Made by a program: the position numbers and the translations under genes
DNA from: Eledone cirrhosa
Lineage: Eukaryota
DNA length: 64,000 nucleotides
Assembly (NCBI GenBank): GCA_964016885.1
Contig: OZ024747.1
Coordinates: 59,210,001-59,274,000, forward strand
Reading direction: 5' to 3'
In this document: positions 39,530-54,542 of the stretch, one piece after another
How positions within the stretch are numbered: position 1 is the stretch's first letter
How the letters are laid out: every line of letters begins with the position of its first letter
The notes under the pieces: model-generated
What the model was told of the DNA's origin: nothing
Seen by the model: the letters and a program-made list of their open reading frames with translations, nothing else
The model's database searches: none

Positions 39530-42500
39530 CACCACCACCAGTCCACTACCACTACCACCACCACCACCACCACCAGTCCACTACCAGCACCACCACCACC
39601 AGTCCACTACCAGCACCACCACCACCACCACCACCAGTCCACTACCAGCACCACCACCACCAGTCCACTACCACTACCAGCACCACCACCACCACCAGTC
39701 CACTACCACTACCAGCACCACCACCACCACCAGTCCACTACCACTACCAACACCACCACCACCACCAGTCCACTACCACTACCAACACCACCACCACCAC
39801 CAGTCCACTACCAGCACCACCACCACCACCAGTCCACTACCACTACCAACACCACCACCAGTCCACTACCACTACCAGCACCACCACCACCACCAGTCCA
39901 CTACCACTACCAACACCACCACCACCACCAGTCCACTACCACTACCAACACCACCACCACCACCAGTCCACTACCAGCACCACAACCACCACCAGTCCAC
40001 TACCACTACCAGCACCACCACCACCACCAGTCCACTACCACTACCAACACCACCACCAGTCCACTACCACTACCAACACCACCACCACCACCAGTCCACT
40101 ACCACTACCAACACCACCACCAGTCCACTACCACTACCAGCACCACCACCACCACCAGTCCACTACCACTACAAGCACCACCACCAGTCCACTACCACTA
40201 CCAGCACCACCACCACCACCAGTCCACTACCACTACCAACACCACCACCAGTCCACTACCACTACCAGCACCACCACCACCACCAGTCCACTACCACTAC
40301 CAACACCACCACCAGTCCACTACCACTACCAGCACCACCACCACCACCAGTCCACTACCACTACCAACACCACCACCAGTCCACTACCACTACCAGCACC
40401 ACCACCACCACCAGTCCACTACCACTACCAACACCACCACCACCACCACCAGTCCACTACCACTACCAACACCACCACCAGTCCACTACCACTACCAACA
40501 CCACCACCACCACCACCAGTCCACTACCACTACCAACACCACCACCAGTCCACTACCACTACCAGCACCACCACCACCACCAGTCCACTACCACTACCAG
40601 CACCACCACCACCACCAGTCCACTACCAGCACCACAACCACCACCAATCCACTACCACTACCAACACCACCACCAGTCCACTACCACTACCAACACCACC
40701 ACCAGTCCAATACCACTACCAACACCACCACCAGTCCACTACCACTACCAACACCACCACCAGTCCACTACCACTACCAACACCACCACCACCACCAGTC
40801 CACTACCACTACCAACACCACCACCAGTCCACTACCACTACCAACACCACCACCAGTCCACTACCACTACCAACACCACCACCACCACCAGTCCACTACC
40901 ACTACCAACACCACCACCACCACCAGTCCACTACCACTACCAACACCACCACCAGTCCACTACCAGTAACAGCACCACCACCACCACCAGTCCACTACCA
41001 CTACCAGCACCACCACCACCACCAGTCCACTACCACTACCAGCACCACCACCAGTCCACTACCACTACCAGCACCACCACCAGTCCACTACCACTACCAA
41101 CACCACCACCACCACCAGTCCACTACCACTACCAGCACTACCACCAGTCCACTACCACTACCAACACCACCACCACCACCAGTCCACTACCACTACCAGC
41201 ACCACCACCAGTCCACTACCACTACCAGCACCACCACCAGTCGACTACCACTACCAGCACCACCACCAGTCCACTACCACTACCAGCACCACCACCAGTC
41301 GACTACCAGTACCACCACCACCACCAGTCCACTACCACTACCAGCACCACCACCAGTCCACTACTACTACCACCAACACCATCACCAGTCCACTACCACT
41401 ACCAACACCACCACCAGTCCACTACCACTACCAGCACCACCACCAGTCGACTACCAGTACCACCACCACCACCAGTCCACTACCACTACCAGCACCACCA
41501 CCAGTCCACTACCACTACCAGCACCACCACCAGTCGACTACCACTACCAACACCACCACCAGTCCGCTACCACTACCACCAACACCATCACCAGTCCACT
41601 ACCACTACCAACACCACCACCAGTCCACTACCACTACCAGCACCACCACCAGTCCACTACCACTACCAACACCACCACCAGTCCACTACCACTACCAACA
41701 CCACCACCAGTCCACTACCACTACCAGCACCACCACCAGTCCACTACCACTACCAGCACCACCACCAGTCCACTACCACTACCAGCACCACCACCAGTCG
41801 ACTACCACTACCAACACCACCACCAGTCCACTACCACTACCAACACCACCACCAGTCCACTACCACTACCACCAACACCATCACCAGTCGACTACCACTA
41901 CCAACACCACCACCAGTCCACTACCACTACCACCAACACCATCACCAGTCGACTACCACTACCAACACCACCACCAGTCCACTACCACTACCAACACCAC
42001 CACCAGTCCACTACCAGTACCAACACCACCACCAGTCCACTACCACTACCAGCACCACCACCAGTCCACTACCACTACCACTACCAACACCACCACCAGT
42101 CCACTACCACTACCACTACCAACACCACCACCAGTCCACTACCACTACCACCACCACCACCAGTCCACTACCAGTACCAACACCACCACCAGTCCACTAC
42201 CACTACCAACACCACCACCAGTCCACTACCACTACCAGCACCACCACCAGTCCACTACCACTACCACTACCAACACCACCACCAGTCCACTACCACTACC
42301 ACTACCAACACCACCACCAGTCCACTACCACTACCACCACCACCACCAGTCCACTACCACTACCAACACCACCACCAGTCCACTACCACTACCAACACCA
42401 CCACCAGTCCACTACCACTACCACTACCAACACCACCACCAGTCCACTACCACTACCACTACCAACACCACCACCAGTCCACTACCACTACCACTACCAA

Positions 42501-43400
42501 CACCACCACCAGTCCACTACCACTACCAACACCACCACCAGTCCACTACCAGCACCACCACCACCACCAGTCGACTACCAGTACCACCACCACCACCAGT
42601 CCACTACCACTACCAACACCACCACCAGCCCACTACCACTACCAACACCACCACCAGTCCACTACCAGTACCAACACCACCACCAGTCCACTACCACTAC
42701 CACCACCACCACCAGTCCACTACCAGTACCAACACCACCACCAGTCCACTACCACTACCAGCACCACCACCAGTCCACTACCACTACCATCACTACCACC
42801 AGTCCACTACCACTACCACCACCACCACCAGTCCACTACCAGTACCAACACCACCACCAGTCCACTACCACTACCAGCACCACCACCAGTCCACTACCAC
42901 TACCAACACCACCACCAGTCCACTACCACTACCACCACCACCACCAGTCCACTACCAGTACCAACACCACCACCAGTCCACTACCACTACCAGCACCACC
43001 ACCAGTCCACTACCACTACCATCACTACCACCAGTCCACTACCACTACCAGCACCACCACCAGTCCACTACCACTACCATCACTACCACCAGTCCACTAC
43101 CACTACCAACACCACCACCAGTCCACTACCACTACCAACACCACCACCAGTCCACTACCACTACCACACCACCACCAGTCCACTACCACTACCAACACCA
43201 CCACCAGTCCACTACCAGTACCAACACCACCACCAGTCCACTACCACTACCAACACCACCACCAGTCCACTACCACCACCACCACCAGTCCACTACCACT
43301 ACCACACCACCACCAGTCCACTACCAGTACCAACACCACCACCAGTCCACTACCACTACCAACACCACCACCAGTCCACTACCACTACCAACACCACCAC
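39530..43400. repeat. 24-30-bp minisatellite ACCACCAGTCCACTACCACTACCA(A/G)C, ~3.9 kb
   Basis: Direct reading of tandem units. Confidence 0.97.
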
Positions 43401-43432
43401 CTTCATCTCAGCCACCAGCACTACTACTACTA

Positions 43433-43567
<135 letters not shown>

Positions 43568-43579
43568 ATACTACTGCTG

Positions 43580-43647
<68 letters not shown>

Positions 43648-44294
43648 GTTGCTGTTATAAGAACTATTGTTGAATGCCTTTATACTGAGATAGTTACCCA
43701 TTTCTCCATCCTCCACCCCACCGCCACCTGTATTATATACGATGGTCACATCAACAACTATATTGACCAGACATTCATTAGCCACCGAAGATCTCACCTC
43801 CTTTCTATTTCAACTCCTTACGCCTTACTATCTCTAACAACAAAGATAGCCAGGAAGTGAGCGGAACTCTGCTCACTTCCTGGCTATCTTTGTTTCCATT
43901 GTCCACATCAAATCTTCATCTCTTTTTCTTTTTTTTGTACAAACCTACTGATTCTCAGTCCTACATCAATGTCACCTTATTCCACCTCAAATGCACCTAA
44001 TGAAACTTAGAGGAGTGCATTCCAACCTAGGAAAGGAGTCCAGAGAGGGGTGTGGTTTATTATGTGGCGGGTGTCGCTGGTTGTTCTTCGCAGCAATACC
44101 TTCTCCATGTTGTCCGCAGATGAGATATACCGCATTAACTGGAGTGTAAAGTATGTTGCTCACTCCACCTTTTCCCTTATTTTCGTTATCTTAATCAACT
44201 ATACCCTAATCCCAATTCCTACCACCCAGGTAACTTTGTAAACGGAACACGAGATCGAGTCCTACAAAACAATCCCATATTATCTTATACCATA

Positions 44295-44581
44295 GGCGGT
44301 GGTTTGGCAGTATCGGTAGGGCGGTGGTTTGGCAGTATCGGTAGGGCGGTGGTTTGGCAGTATCGGTAGGGCACTGGTTTAGCAGTATCCGTAGGCCAGT
44401 GGTTTGGCAGTATCGGTAGAGTATCAGACGCCATGCTTTGCAGCATAGAGTTATGGCCCTTTACGTTCTGAGTTCAAATTCTGCCGAGGTTAACTTAGCC
44501 TTTCATCCTTACGGGGTCGATAAAATAAAGTACCAGTAATGCACTGGAATAATTGTTAGCGTTGTGCCAAAAATAGAAAGA
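44295..44581 (+). mobile_element. S1 SINE with five tandem copies of its 25-bp 5' head; imperfect ~15-bp TSD
   Basis: GGCGGTGGTTTGGCAGTATCGGTAG x5. Flanks ATTATCTTATACCAT (44279) and ATTATCTTACACTAT (44582). Confidence 0.88.
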
Positions 44582-45147
44582 ATTATCTTACACTATGGTT
44601 ACCCACATACCCAACCAGCCGAGCCGCCCTTCTTTCACTATTCAATACAATTCTGTTCCCCTGCACGATACCCGCCTACCACCAATAACCTTTATTCTGT
44701 TCTTCCAGCCTCACCTTCTAACCTGTAATCCAACCAGTGCACCACCCTGACCTTCTTTCATTTCTTTTATGTTCTTTCCTAACATCCCCCCACCCCACCC
44801 ACCACCAAGGAGTAGTAGGGTACTGGGTCAAGGTTCCTTCACCCGTCCTTACATCTAACCTAGATCATTATTTAGTTCATGCTCCAGCTGTAACAATTGA
44901 CACTCTTCCCAACCAATCACCATTCTATACTTTCCTGGTTCGTCCTTTTACCTTCCAGGACGATTCACCTACAGTTCAGTTTCAACTGTAACCAGCTTTG
45001 ACTTTCATCTCCGCCCTAGCCACAGGGCCAGTAGGTACAATGAGTACCCATCGGGTACCAGGCCCGCCGCCAGATGTTGGTAAGTGGGACTTCAGAACAT
45101 TCAGGATGAACACTCTAATTCACAGTGAACTTATTTCATGACATTAG

Positions 45148-46135
45148 ACAATACACAGTACGCATTACACAATACACAGTACACAATACACAGTACACAG
45201 TACACAATACACAATACACAGTACACAGTACACAGTACACAGTACACAGTACACAGTACACGATACACAATATACAACACACAATACACAGTACACAATA
45301 CACAATACACAGTACACAGTACACAATACACAATATACAACACACAATACACAATACACAATACACAGTACACAGTACACAGTACACAGTACACAGTACA
45401 CAGTACACAATACACAATATACAACACAAAATACACAGTACACAATACACAATATACAACACACAGTACATAGTACACAATACACAATACACAGTACACA
45501 GTACACAGTACACAGTACACAGTACACAATACACAATATACAACACACAATACACAGTACACAATACACAATATACAACACACAGTACACAATACACAAT
45601 ACACAATACACAGTACACAGTACACAGTACACCGTACACAATACACAATATACAACACACAGTACACTATACACAATACACAGTACACAATACACAATAT
45701 ACAACACACAGTACACAATACACAATACACAGTACACAATACACAATATACAACACAGTACACAATATACAATACGCATTACACAGTACACGGTACACAG
45801 TACACAGTACACAATACACAATACACATTACACAATACACAGTGCACAATACACAATACACAATACATAATACATACACAGTGCACGATACACAGTACAC
45901 TCTATACACTACACAATATACAATACACAGTACACAGTACATAGTACACAGTACACAATACACAGTACATAATACACAGTACACAGTACACAGTACACAG
46001 TATACAGTACACAGTACACAGTATACAGTACACAGTATACAGTACACAGTACACAGTACACAATACACAGTACACACTACACAATACACAATACACAGTA
46101 CACAGTACACAGTACACAGTACACAGTACACAGTA
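45148..46135. repeat. 7-bp satellite ACACA(G/A)T
   Basis: Direct reading. Confidence 0.97.
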
Positions 46136-46864
46136 TTTATGGAGTCTGATATTTAGATTCTGAAGACGTCCGATTGATATCTAGATCGCTCACAAAATGA
46201 ATATATGTCAAATGCCACCATCTTGGTTTCTTTTATCTTTTGTTGTTTTACAACTGTATTCCTGACATCAGTTCAACTCCATTGCTCACAGACGATAGGC
46301 ATAATTCCCTCTATCTATCCTTTTTGATTTGCTTTTATTCGATATAAGACATTCCCTGGGGTGCGAAGGAAGGGATTACTAGAGGAAACTAGGTCAGTAG
46401 ACTCTCCATGCCAATCATGTATAAGTAGCCGGAAAATTCTAGAGATTCTTGTCAGTGTTTCTCAGTAGAATATGGCTGCCATTTATTTCCTGGTGTATAC
46501 AGAGAGATGGAGAGACATAGAGAGAGAGGCGGAGAGGGAGAGAGAGGGAGAGAGAGAGAGAGGGAAGGAGAGAGATGGGAGAAAGATGCACTTACAAACA
46601 CCAACACACACTCCCCCCCCCCCACACACACACAAACAAACAAATATATATATATATATATATATACATATATTCATACATACATAATATACATAGATAT
46701 ATCCATACATACATACATACGCACATACACATACATACACACACATACATACCTACCTACCTACATACATACATACATAACCATTATAGATAAAATATAT
46801 ATGTAGAAAGAAAGAAAAATAGAGAGACAGAAAAAGACAAAGATATGCATATGGAAAAAATGTA

Positions 46865-47110
46865 CCTGACATTATCCGGTGGGGGGCATACACGGTACAG
46901 TTCAGTTGCTAATCCCTTTCGAAGTTTGCTACTTGTGCCTCCACATAGCCCAGCAATCCATCCAATGTTTGAATTACGACTGAAATATTTCTTCTTGATT
47001 GTCTCTCAGCTCCACCGTCTCAGTCCGTATGATGTGCTCTCAACTCTCAAAGCGGAAGTCTTTCAGAAGTATCTTCACTTATGGAAACAACCAGATTTCA
47101 GAAGAAGCTA
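46865..47110 (-). pseudogene. Mariner-like transposase C-terminal remnant
   Basis: Minus-strand reading EIWLFP*VKILLKDFRFES....IRTETVEL...EEIFQ resembles the mariner DFWLFPKLK..LKG.RF.. region. Confidence 0.5.
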
Positions 47111-47189
47111 TATCAGATGAATATCTTATCATAGCTTATTCATTGCCCTTAGGTGAGACAGCAAGCATAACTTCACGCCAACAGTCACT

Positions 47190-47520
47190 GTTTCCCATCA
47201 AGTGTGTAGGTCAAACTTGTCAATTCCAGTGTTTCATGCTATGGTATCCTGGTATCAGAGCTTTCTGGAAGTCTGAAATCATCTCATATTTTGTGTGGAA
47301 GGAGTGACGAGCAAACCTTGTACGATATTCAATCAGTTATGCACTTAGTATTGGAATTTTTCCATATATCGTAGAGTCGGTCTGCCAAGGAATGTTTTAA
47401 GCCTTTCACAGAAGAGTGGTCTAACATCCATCTAAACGGCTCTGTAGACGGGAGTGCAAAGTCCAAGTTTCACCCAAAGTAGGTGTAACGTTTATCACTG
47501 TAGCATATTCAGAAAACAAT
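47190..47520 (-). pseudogene. RTE-group LINE ORF2 C-terminal remnant
   Basis: Minus-strand reading GETWTLHSRLQSRLDGC*TTLL*KA*NIPWQ...IYGKIP...RTRFARH. Confidence 0.65.
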
Positions 47521-48475
47521 GTAAGTCCTTGGGAAGGTTAAAAAGTTGTTCCTGCCACACATGTGTGAGAAATGGATGAAGCAACGACTATTCTCGAAAA
47601 CAAAATGCAGTCATGTATGTAGTTTCATAAGTATGTGTGTATGTATGTATGTATGTATGTATGTATGTATGTATGTATGTATGTATATGTGTATGTAAGT
47701 GGTTACGTATGCATGGATGTAGTTACGTATGTATGCATATGTATATGTGTATGTATGCATGTATGCATGTATGTTTCTACACATGTTTGCTTGTATGATG
47801 ATTGTATAGAAGTATGTATGTATGTATGTAACTACGAATATATGCATACATGTATGTAGTTCCTTATATATGTATGCATGAATAAATGTATGTATCCTTC
47901 TATTTAAGTATACGCACGCAACGCGAGAATCAGTGCATATAATTAAATGACACAGACACATAAACCCACACACACTCTTACACACATACATACACACACA
48001 TGCACACATACAGACACATAAACACACTCACACAGCTGCATAGATTACAGGTCGATAACAGAACATTATGTAATTTGCGCAATTTCTCTCCTTTAACCAA
48101 AATTCTACCCGTTCAATTTCTGCTCAATAAAATCACTCTTTAAGAAAGCTGTCAACCCTCCTTCCCCCTCCCCCCCTCTCCCAGCCCCCGCCACCACAAG
48201 TATTGCCAGTAAACATTGCAACACTTTAACCATCCTCAACCCCTCCTGTATTCCCTGCTAATAGAATTGGCCGTTTTAACTTTTGCAAGAAATTCCTAGT
48301 CGCCATCTTGTTTTCTTTGTTTTACTTTTTATTGCTTTTTTTGTTGATGTCTTTGTTGTTGTTGTTTTCGTATATTGTTTTGTTTTTGTTTTTGTTTTTG
48401 TTTGTTATATCAACTGACAGAGTCGTTCTTCTAACAAGGTTATCCCACAACGCTCATATGTATGCGCACACACAC

Positions 48476-48523
<48 letters not shown>

Positions 48524-48653
48524 GCAAACATATATATGTGTATGAGTGCATGTGTATATATATATATATAGTGAAAAATGGAACGGGAACAAAGATATAT
48601 ATATACACACGCAAACATATATATGTGTATGAATGCATGTGTATATATATATG

Positions 48654-48685
<32 letters not shown>

Positions 48686-48720
48686 CACACGCAAATATAT
48701 ATGTGTATGTGTATGAATGC

Positions 48721-48764
<44 letters not shown>

Positions 48765-48919
48765 GTATATGTATATATATGTGTGTGTGTACATATATAT
48801 GTATGTATATACACACACACACACACACACGTACTCGTACAATCACATATATCCAAACATATATGTACATCTCCGTACACACAAATACACGCATGAAGAT
48901 AAACATACGTATGTGTATA

Positions 48920-48981
<62 letters not shown>

Positions 48982-49131
48982 TGTGTGGTGGGTGTGGTTG
49001 TGTGTATGTCAGTGTGTGTGTATGTGTGTTGAAAATGATAGATGCGAGAGAGTAATTTCCATTCCAGTAAGAGAGAGCAAAATACATTTTAAAAGAATTG
49101 ATGAGAATGAGGTGCAAGAGAAATAGACATA

Positions 49132-52100
49132 AGTGGTGGTGGTGGTGGTTGTGGTAGATGTTGTGGTGGAGATGGTGGTGGTGGTGGTGGTGGTAGATGT
49201 TGTGGTGGAGATGGTAGTGGTGGTGGTTGTGGTGGTCGTGGTGGTGGTGGTGATAGATGTGGTGGCAGATGTGGTGGTGATGGTGGTGGTGGTAGTGGTG
49301 GTGGTGCTAGTGGTGGTGGTGGTAGATGTTGTGGTGGAGATGGTAGTGGTGGTGGTGGTGGTCGTGGTGGTGGTGGTGGTGGTTGTGGTGGTGGTAGATG
49401 TGGTGGTAGATGTGATGGTGATGGTGGTGGTGGTACTGGTGGTGGTGGTATGTTGTGGTAGATGTTGTGGTGGTGATGGTAATGGTGGTGGTAGTGGTGG
49501 TGGTGGTGGTGGTGATGGTGGTGGTGGCGGTGGTGGTGGTGGTAGATGTTGTGGTAGATGTTTTGGTGGTGATGGTAGTGGTGGTGGTGGTGGTGGTGGT
49601 GGTGGTGGTGGTGGTGGTGGTAGATGTTGTGGTAGATGTTGTGGTGGTGATGGTAGTGGTGGTGGTGGTGGTGGCGGCGGTGGTGGTGGTGGTAGATGTT
49701 GTGGTAGATGTTGTGGTGGTGATGGTAGTGGTGGTGGTGGTGGTGGCGACGGTGGTGGTGGCGGCGGTGGTGGTGGTGGTAGATGTTGTGGTAGATGTTG
49801 TGGTGGTGATGGTAGTGGTTGTGGTGGTGGTGGTGGTGGTGGTGGTGGTGGTAGATGTTGTGGTAGATGTTGTGGTGGAGATGGTAGTGGTGGTGATGGT
49901 AGTGGTGGTGGTGATTGTGGTGGCGGTGGTGGTGGTGGTGGTAGATGTTGTGGTAGATGTTGTGGTGGTGATGGTAGTGGTAGTGGTGGTGGTGGTGGTG
50001 GTGGTGGTAGATGTTGTGGTAGATGTTGTGGTGGTGATGGTAGTGGTCGTGGTGGTGGTGGTGGTGGTGGTAGATGTTGTGGTAGATGTTGTGGTGGTGA
50101 TGGTAGTGGTGGTGGTGGTGGTGGTGGTGGTGGTGGTGGTGGTGGTAGATGTTGTGGTAGATGTTGTGGTGGTGATGGTAGTGGTGGTGGTGGTGGTGGT
50201 GGTGGTGGTGGTGGTAGTGGTGGTAGATGTTGTGGTAGATGTTGTGGTGGTGATGGTAGTGGTGGTGGTGGTGGTGGTGATTGTGGTGGTGGTGGTGGTG
50301 GTGGTGGTGATTGTGGTGGCGGTGGTGGTGGTGGTGGTAGATGTTGTGGTAGATGTTGTGGTGGTGATGGTAGTGGTGGTGGTGGTGGTGGTGGTGGTGG
50401 TGGTGGTGGTGGTAGATGTTGTGGTAGATGTTTTGGTGGTGATGGTAGTGGTGGTGGTGGTGGTGGTGGTGGTGGTGGTGGTGGTGGTGGTGGTAGATGT
50501 TGTGGTAGATGTTGTGGTGGTGATGGTAGTGGTGGTGGTGGTGGTGGCGGCGGTGGTGGTGGTGGGTAGATGTTGTGGTAGATGTTGTGGTGGTGATGGT
50601 AGTGGTGGTGGTGGTGGTGGCGGCGGTGGTGGTGGTGGTAGATGTTGTGGTAGATGTTGTGGTGGTGATGGTAGTGGTGGTGGTGGTGGTGTGGTGGTGG
50701 TGGGTTGTGTTGTGAGTTGTTGTGGTGGTGTGGTGGTGGGTTGTAGTGGTGGTGATGGTGGTGGTGGTGTTGGTGGTGGTGGTGGTGGTGGTGGTAGATG
50801 TTGGTAGATGTTGTGGTGGTGTGGTAGTGGTTGTGGTGGTGGTGGTGGTGGTGGTGGTAGATGTTGTGGTAGATGTTGTGGTGGTGATGGTAGTGGTGGT
50901 GGTGGTGGTGGTGGTGGTGGTTGATGTTGTGGTAGATGTTGTGGTGGGTGATGGTAGGTGGTGGTGGGTGGGTGGTGGTGGTGGGGGTGTGTGGTGTGGT
51001 GTGGTGGTGGTGGTTGTGGTGGTGGTGTGGTGGTGGTGGTGGTGGTGGTGGGTGGTGGTGTGTTGTGGTTGGTGTGTGGTGTGTGGTAGGTGGTGTGGTG
51101 TGGTGTGGTGGGTGTGGGTGGGTGGTGGGTGGTGATGTTGTGGGTGGTGTGGTGTGTTGGTGGTGGGGTGGTGGTGGTGGGTGGTGTGGGGTGGGTGGTG
51201 GTGTGGTGGTTGTGGTGGAGGTGGTGGTGGTGGTGGTAGATGTTGTGGTAGATGTTGTGGTGGTGATGGTTGTGGTGGTGGTGGTGGTGGTGGTGGTGGT
51301 GGTGGTGGTGTTGTGGTGGTTGTTGTTTGGTGGGTGGTAGTGGTGGTGGTGGTGGTGTGGTGGTGGTGGTGGTGGTTGTGGGTGTTGGTGTGGTGGTGGT
51401 GGTGTGGTGGTGGTGGTTGGTGGCGGAGGTGGTGGTGGTGGTAGATGTTGTGGTAGATGTTGGTGGTGTGATGGTAGTGGTGTGGTGGTGGTGGCGGTGG
51501 TGGTGGTGGTAGGATGTTGTGGTGGGTTGTGTGGTGTGGTAGTGGTGGTGGTGGTAGGTGGTGGTGGTGGTGGTGGTAGATGTTGTGGTAGATGTTGTGG
51601 TGGTGATGGTAGTGGTGGTGGTGGTGTGTGGTAGTGGTGGTGGTGGTGGTGGTGTTGTGGTGGTTGTGTGTTGTGGTGGTGTGGTAGTGGTGGTGGTGGT
51701 GGTGGTGGTGGTGGTGGTGGTGGTGGTAGATGTTGTGGTAGATGTTGTGGTGGTATGATAGTGGTGGTGGTGGTGGTGGTGGTGGTGGTGGTGGTGGTGT
51801 TGTTGTGGTGGTGTTGTGGTGTGGTGTGGTTGTGGTGGTGGTGGTGGTGGTGGTGGGGTTGGTGGTAGATGTTGTGGTAGATGTTGTGGTGGTGTTGGGT
51901 GGTGGTGGTGGGTGGTGGTGGTGGTGGTGTGGGTGTGTTGTGGTAGATGTTGTGGTGTGGTGGTGGTGTGGTGGTGGTGGTGGTGGTGTGTTGGTGGTGG
52001 TGTGGTGGGGTGGTGGTGGTGGTGGTTGTGGTAGATGTTGTGGTGGTGATGGTTGTGGTGGTGGTGGTGGTGGTGGTGGTGGTGGTGGGTGGTGGTGGTT

Positions 52101-52720
52101 GAGGTTGTGTGTGGTGGTGGTGTTGTGTTGGTGGTGGTGTGGTGGGAGGTGGTCGTGGTGGTGGTAGATGTTGTGGTAGATGTTGTGGAGAGATGAGTGT
52201 TGTGGTGGTGTGGAGGTGGTGGTGGTGGTGTGTGGTGGTGGTGGTGGTGGTGGTGGTAGATGTTGTGGTGGTGCTGGTAGTGTTGGTGATGGTAGTGGTG
52301 GTGGTGGTGGTGGTGGGTGGTCGGTGGTGGTGGTGGTGGTGGTGGTGGTGGTGGTGGTGGTGGTGGTAGATTTTTGTGGTGGTGATGGTGGTGGTGGTGG
52401 TGGTGGTAGATGCGGTGGTAGATGTTGTGGTGGTGATGGTAGGCTGGGGGGGGGGTGATGGTAGTGGTGGTGTTGGTGATGGTGGTTTTGGTGGTGGTGG
52501 TAGTGGTAGATGTTGTGGTGCTGATGGTAGTGGTGGTGGTGGTGGTGGTGTGGTGGTGGTGGTGTGGTGGTGGTGGTGGTGGTGATGGTGGTGGTGGTGG
52601 CGGGGTGGTGGCGGGGTGGTGGATAGTGTGGCGGTGGTGTTGGTGGTATTGGTGGTGCTGGTGGTGGTGGTGGTTAAGGTGTGGTGGTGATGGTGGTGGT
52701 GGTGGTAGTGGTGGTAATGA
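49132..52720. repeat. (GGT)n minisatellite punctuated by GTAGATGTTGTG
   Basis: Direct reading; it becomes noisy after ~50690. Confidence 0.95.
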
Positions 52721-52829
52721 TGATTATATGGCAGAAGTAAAGGAGGAGGAAGAGGAGGAGGAGGAAGAAGAAGAAGAAGAAGAAGAAGAAGAAGAAGAAG
52801 AAGAAGAAGAAGAAGAAGACATTGTTCAC

Positions 52830-53575
52830 AACAAAGCCCTACCCGTTACATCACAACTACTCTATCTTGATCGATACAGTAAGTATCGATCACTCCATTA
52901 TATTAATAGAATACAATCTGTTACATGGATGGAATTGTTACACTGATTGCCTTTATCGATATTATATCCATGGGCAACATTCTGATAAAGGGATTCAATT
53001 TATCGATCGTTTGTATCCACAGACAACATTCTGTTACATTGATTGGCTTATCGATATGTTGTATCAGCAGGTTACATTCTGATACTGTCGTTGAATTTAT
53101 CGATCTGTCATATTATATACGGACTACATTCTGTTACAGAGACTGGATATATCGATTTGTTATATCAATAGAATACATTCTGTTACGGTGATTTGATATA
53201 TCGATTTATCTTACATACAGATTACATTCTGATACAATGATTGGATTTATTGAACTGTCACAGTGATTGTGTATATCGATCTGTCATATACGCATAATAA
53301 ATTCTGATGAAGTTATTAGAGTCATTTATCTTTCACATCAACTGACGATATATACTAATATTGTGATTGACTTATCGATCTGTTATATACATAGACTACG
53401 TTCCATTAGTCAGAGGATTTATCGATCTGTCATATCTACAGACTGCATTCTGTTACAGTCATTGGATATATTAATCTGTTAGAGTGATTATAATGATTAA
53501 TTGATCTATTGTTACTATTTTATCCATAGTGATTGATTTTTATCCAAATATAGTGATTGATTTTTATCCAAATCA
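52830..53575. repeat. Degenerate ~40-bp tandem repeat (ACATTCTGTTACAGTGATTGGATTTATCGATCTGT...)
   Basis: Recurrent CATTCTG and TATCGAT motifs at about 40-bp spacing. Confidence 0.75.
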
Positions 53576-53640
53576 TTTCAACTGATGTTCCAGCCTTTCT
53601 ATCTAATGTGCAAGAACGTGTTTTAATACTGCACAATCCA

Positions 53641-53716
53641 AGGGTGGTGGATTGGCAGTAGAATCGGTAGAGCATCGGACAACATGCTTTATAGCATAGA
53701 GTTACGACTCTTTACG
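53641..53716 (+). mobile_element. S1 SINE 5' half fused to a LINE fragment
   Basis: GGTGGTGGATTGGCAGTA...GAGTTACGACTCTTTACG; stops just before the B box. Confidence 0.8.
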
Positions 53717-54318
53717 AGGACGAACTGGCCAGCCTGTTCGGTAGGACATTCAGCCCGGGACCTATGGACAACTTCCAGAAGTCCCTGGCCTGGCAGTGCT
53801 ACCGAGGGGCTCTACCCGTTCGAGAAAAGCTCTACAGACACGGGCGCCCGGGTAGGGACTCCGCCAAAAAGATCTGTCCCAGATGCGTGTGCGACGAGGA
53901 AACCGTTGCACACGCATTGGTACACTGCTCGGGCGTAGCCGATCTGTGGGGCTATGTCGAGCGACTGCTATCACGGGTGGGACCGATCCGGTTGACAACC
54001 GAGACCATTGTAACGATTAAGCCGAAAGGTGGGTGAAAGTGGTGAGAATGGCCCGTGTGAATGGGCCTTCTCTCTACATCAGACTGTAGGTGGAAAAGAG
54101 GAAGGAACGAGGGAGCACCCTCTCTCTGTGCTCCTGAGGAGAAGGGGTTGCACACTTTTTTCGGGGGTGTGTGCGACCCCCCCAAACGCCCCCTCCCTAT
54201 TGAGGACTTTATTGTTAATTTTATATTTGTTATTTGTTTTCTTTACTCGCCTTTTAGTGTAAACTTCCCCCTTGTATTTGTCCCTTTCTTTTGCGCCCTA
54301 GTGGCAATAAATAGAAAT
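53716..54318 (+). mobile_element. 5'-truncated, internally deleted copy of Tx1 family A, followed by (TATC)n
   Basis: EDELASLFGRTFSPGPMDNFQKSLAWQCYRG...CPRC matches ORF2. ~200-bp deletion at ~54024. Ends GTGGCAATAAATAGAAAT|CTATCTATC. Confidence 0.93.
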
Positions 54319-54419
54319 CTATCTATCTCTCCAACTATCTATTTACCTATCTCTCTATCTATGAATCTATTTATCTATATCTATATTTATCTATCTATTT
54401 CTCTACCTCTCGTTCTCTC

Positions 54420-54482
<63 letters not shown>

Positions 54483-54499
54483 GTGCGTGTGCGTGTGCA

Positions 54500-54542
<43 letters not shown>

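Noticed and set aside
46160-46215. CTGAAGA candidate hammerhead
   Set aside because: No GAAA or convincing stems follow.
49133-50807. Gly/Cys-rich keratin-associated-like ORF (GGRCCGRCCGG)
   Set aside because: Translation of the GGT minisatellite; the frame switches arbitrarily.
50690-52720. Sudden rise in repeat divergence
   Set aside because: The pattern of single-base deletions suggests unpolished long-read sequence rather than biology.
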